DNA from: a virus | Taxonomy: Duplodnaviria; Caudoviricetes | DNA length: 39,888 nucleotides | Reading direction: 5' to 3' (one strand) | IMG/VR virus record: IMGVR_UViG_3300008117_004550 | Coordinates: 1-39,888 of that record | In this document: piece by piece, positions 37,575-39,888 of the stretch | Position numbering within the stretch: the first letter of the stretch is position 1 | Layout of the letters: every line of letters starts with the position of its first letter | Position numbers and translations under genes: made by a program | Notes under the pieces: model-generated | Told to the model about the DNA's origin: nothing | Database searches by the model: none | Seen by the model: the letters and a program-made list of their open reading frames with translations, nothing else

Positions 37575-37786
37575 TATGCTTTAACTTTTTCTTTTCTTAA
37601 TTGTTTTTTCGATTTAACCTTTTCAGTTGAAACTTCTTCAGTAGTTTCTTCTACTTTTGGTTTTCTTGTAACCATTTTCCATTCAGATTTAGATACATAA
37701 CTCCATGTGTTACCTACCATATTGTAAGCTTCTCTATCCGTTACTCTTTGGATATCGCCTGTTTTGTTGTTTTTAATACACTTCAT
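37574..37786 (-). CDS. Small basic hypothetical protein
   Basis: 70-aa ORF with TAATG coupling to the helicase. Confidence 0.55.
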   Translation of the reverse strand: MKCIKNNKTGDIQRVTDREAYNMVGNTWSYVSKSEWKMVTRKPKVEETTEEVSTEKVKSKKQLRKEKVKA

Positions 37787-37797
37787 AGTTTTGATTT

Positions 37798-38103
37798 TTA
37801 TCTAATTACCATTAAAATTTCTGATTCTCTGATTAGGATATATTTTGTTCCCCCAATCTTAACTTCTTGTCCCTGATGATATCCTGGAAGGATTACTTCA
37901 TCACCGACCTTTAAACTCATAGGGATTGCTACACCATTTTGTGTAAATAACCCATCTCCAACTGCTTCTACTCTCGCTCTTTTTACATCTTCCTGCCTTA
38001 CGCTATCAGGTATGATAATACCTCCAACTGTTTTTTCTGCTTCTTTGTCTAATTCCGTTAAGAGAACTCTATCTCCCAATGGTTTTGCTAATTTGTCTGC
38101 CAT
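37798..38103 (-). CDS. groES: Co-chaperonin GroES (Cpn10)
   Basis: KPLGDRVL, KTVGGIIIPD, VEAVGDG, LKVGDEV, IRESEIL. Confidence 0.93.
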   Translation of the reverse strand: MADKLAKPLGDRVLLTELDKEAEKTVGGIIIPDSVRQEDVKRARVEAVGDGLFTQNGVAIPMSLKVGDEVILPGYHQGQEVKIGGTKYILIRESEILMVIR

Positions 38104-38111
38104 AACTTATT

Positions 38112-39167
38112 TTAAAATTTTGAAATATGTCCAAATGTGGATTGTAACCAATCGTTAATATCTTTGAATGAATCAATAACTCCGTGTCTTAATCCTGTCT
38201 TTAAAAATCCTTGCTTATCAAATTTAGGTGTAGGTTCATCATATCTATCCATAATTTTCATACGAAGATTACCACTAAATTCTGGTTCGGATAACTGCAT
38301 CAATCTACGATTTCTTTCGCAAATTGCCAAATTACTTTGGAATAATTCGTGTGCTTTTGTTTTTTTATCAACCGTTTTAATATATTCAACCATAGATTCG
38401 GTTGTATGTGTTGTTTCTTCCGTAAGAATTGGAAATGCTTTGATTATAGATTTAATACCTAAACCATTTACACCTTCAATACTATCGGATTTATCACCAT
38501 CAATCATTCTGAAATTAATAAAGTTGTGAGGATGAATTCCATATTCTTCTAATACTTCATCTATGTTATAAATTTTCTTTTTAGAAGGTGAATACACCGA
38601 TACATCTTTGTTTACTAATTGTAAAAAATCTTTATCAGATGACATCAATACAACTTTCTCACCGTCTTGTCGAAGTTGAGTTGCAATATAGCCCATCACA
38701 TCATCTGCCTCAATACCATCATATAACATAATGGTTACGGGTAGATACGTTAATAAGTCTGCTAATGCTACCATCTGCCTCCTCATAGAGATTTGTTCAT
38801 CCTCTGGATTCATATCTCCGCCGGTGATAGCGCGATTAAGGCGGATTTTGTTTTTAGCTCTATCCGCCTTATATCCTGCGTAAATGTTTTGTCTGCTTTT
38901 TGCACCACCTTTACCATCAAAAGTTAAGATAACTCTTGTAGGATTTATAGTACGGATAGCGTAGCCGATACTTTTAAGTGTACCGACTATGCCTCCAATG
39001 TGGTCACCATTATCTGAAAGATTTGGTGCTGTTGACCAAGAACGAATGAAGGTATTAAGACCATCAATAACTAAAGTTTTGGAATTTCTATGTAAAGAAC
39101 CAAAACTTTTATGTTCTTCATCTATTTGTTTTAGTATATCTAAATACTTTTTATTAATCTGACTCAT
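38112..39167 (-). CDS. 5'-3' exonuclease/flap endonuclease (T4 RNase H-like)
   Basis: LVIDGLN, TFDG, YKADR, EADD, SSDKDFLQL, GDKSDSI.GV.GLG.K. Confidence 0.92.
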   Translation of the reverse strand: MSQINKKYLDILKQIDEEHKSFGSLHRNSKTLVIDGLNTFIRSWSTAPNLSDNGDHIGGIVGTLKSIGYAIRTINPTRVILTFDGKGGAKSRQNIYAGYKADRAKNKIRLNRAITGGDMNPEDEQISMRRQMVALADLLTYLPVTIMLYDGIEADDVMGYIATQLRQDGEKVVLMSSDKDFLQLVNKDVSVYSPSKKKIYNIDEVLEEYGIHPHNFINFRMIDGDKSDSIEGVNGLGIKSIIKAFPILTEETTHTTESMVEYIKTVDKKTKAHELFQSNLAICERNRRLMQLSEPEFSGNLRMKIMDRYDEPTPKFDKQGFLKTGLRHGVIDSFKDINDWLQSTFGHISKF

Positions 39168-39888
39168 TTGCTACATCCGTTGTTATATCAACTTCCTCTG
39201 AAGCGGAACTTTTATATTGTAAAATTGTAACCTCACATATCTTACGATAAATTTGGTCTTTTAAATCTTCGTTTTTAAGAATTTCTGCGAAATCTTTTGA
39301 TTGGAATTTGATAACTTCACCGGTATCAGTATCAATATACTCATACCATGCACCTGCTTGCTTTACAAGCTTATTATCTTTCATTACACCCAACCAACTT
39401 CCGTAGTTATCAATACCTCTATCGAAGAAAATAGAGAAATCTGCGTGTCTCAATGGTGGTCCTAAACGATTTTTGATAACCTGTGCTCTTACTTTGATAC
39501 CAACAATCTTATCACCCACTTTAAGTTGTCCCATAGATTTCAAACGGAATCTAACAGAAGCATGGAACGCTAATGCTTTACCACCTGATGTTGTCCAAGG
39601 GTCACTAAATGCCATTGCGTTCATCTTTTGACGAAGTTGGTTAGTAAACACTAAACAAATGTTTTGTCTACCAATCATATTCGTAATCTTTCTCATCGCT
39701 TTGGAGATGATGATTGCTTTATCAGTTGCGTAACCATCTTTATCGTAATCAGCCTCTAATTCTTTCTTTGTAGATGCTGCTGCTACTGAATCTACTACGA
39801 TAGTTACCAATCGGTTTTTATCACCTGTTCTAACTTTCTCAATGATTGTTTCACAAGCTTCAAAAATACCTTCAACCGTATCTACTGA
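39154..39888 (-). CDS. recA: RecA/UvsX-like recombinase (5' end outside the window)
   Basis: Frame open to the window edge (SVDTVEGIFE...); IVVDSVAA, ISKAMRK, FTNQLR, TTSGGKALAFHASVR, KNRLGPP, GAWY. Confidence 0.93.
   Translation of the reverse strand, partial: SVDTVEGIFEACETIIEKVRTGDKNRLVTIVVDSVAAASTKKELEADYDKDGYATDKAIIISKAMRKITNMIGRQNICLVFTNQLRQKMNAMAFSDPWTTSGGKALAFHASVRFRLKSMGQLKVGDKIVGIKVRAQVIKNRLGPPLRHADFSIFFDRGIDNYGSWLGVMKDNKLVKQAGAWYEYIDTDTGEVIKFQSKDFAEILKNEDLKDQIYRKICEVTILQYKSSASEEVDITTDVANESD

Noticed and set aside
580-38529. All plus-strand ORFs in the track (e.g. 3070..3462, 6096..6548, 24591..24947, 38137..38529)
   Set aside because: They lie antisense to well-supported minus-strand genes, have Phe/Ser/Leu-rich shadow composition and show no motifs.
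1-39888. Genome-wide stop-codon reassignment (TAG or TGA)
   Set aside because: Long conserved genes (PolB, RNR, helicase) are intact under code 11, and TAG and TGA occur at plausible gene ends (e.g. 33311, 36216).

Overview
AT-rich, gene-dense segment of a large dsDNA phage with a T4-like replication set. Every credible gene lies on the minus strand, and standard code 11 gives intact long ORFs. The right half (~21.9-39.9 kb) is a replication and nucleotide-metabolism block: RecA/UvsX, 5'-3' exonuclease/RNase H, GroES, DnaB/gp41 helicase, class II RNR, PhoH, thioredoxin, family-B polymerase, sliding clamp, dUTPase, clamp loader and a PD-(D/E)xK nuclease. Directly upstream of the polymerase sits a candidate DNA-modification cassette (HTH, Mom-like, DUF4338/DruA-like, GT-B). 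Its proteins share terminal FW/FF motifs with the polymerase, which may be clamp-docking motifs. The left half (~1-21.9 kb) is a large glycan locus with many glycosyltransferases, sugar C- and O-methyltransferases, an epimerase, an HddA-like kinase, CysC, SGNH proteins, a HAD-nucleotidyltransferase fusion and a phosphoribulokinase-like/class II aldolase fusion. Four TTTG-N20-TATATT(AG/TA) promoters suggest a Bacteroidota host. Several genes look truncated or internally deleted, which could be biology or assembly artefact. All family calls come from visual motif recognition, not database searches.
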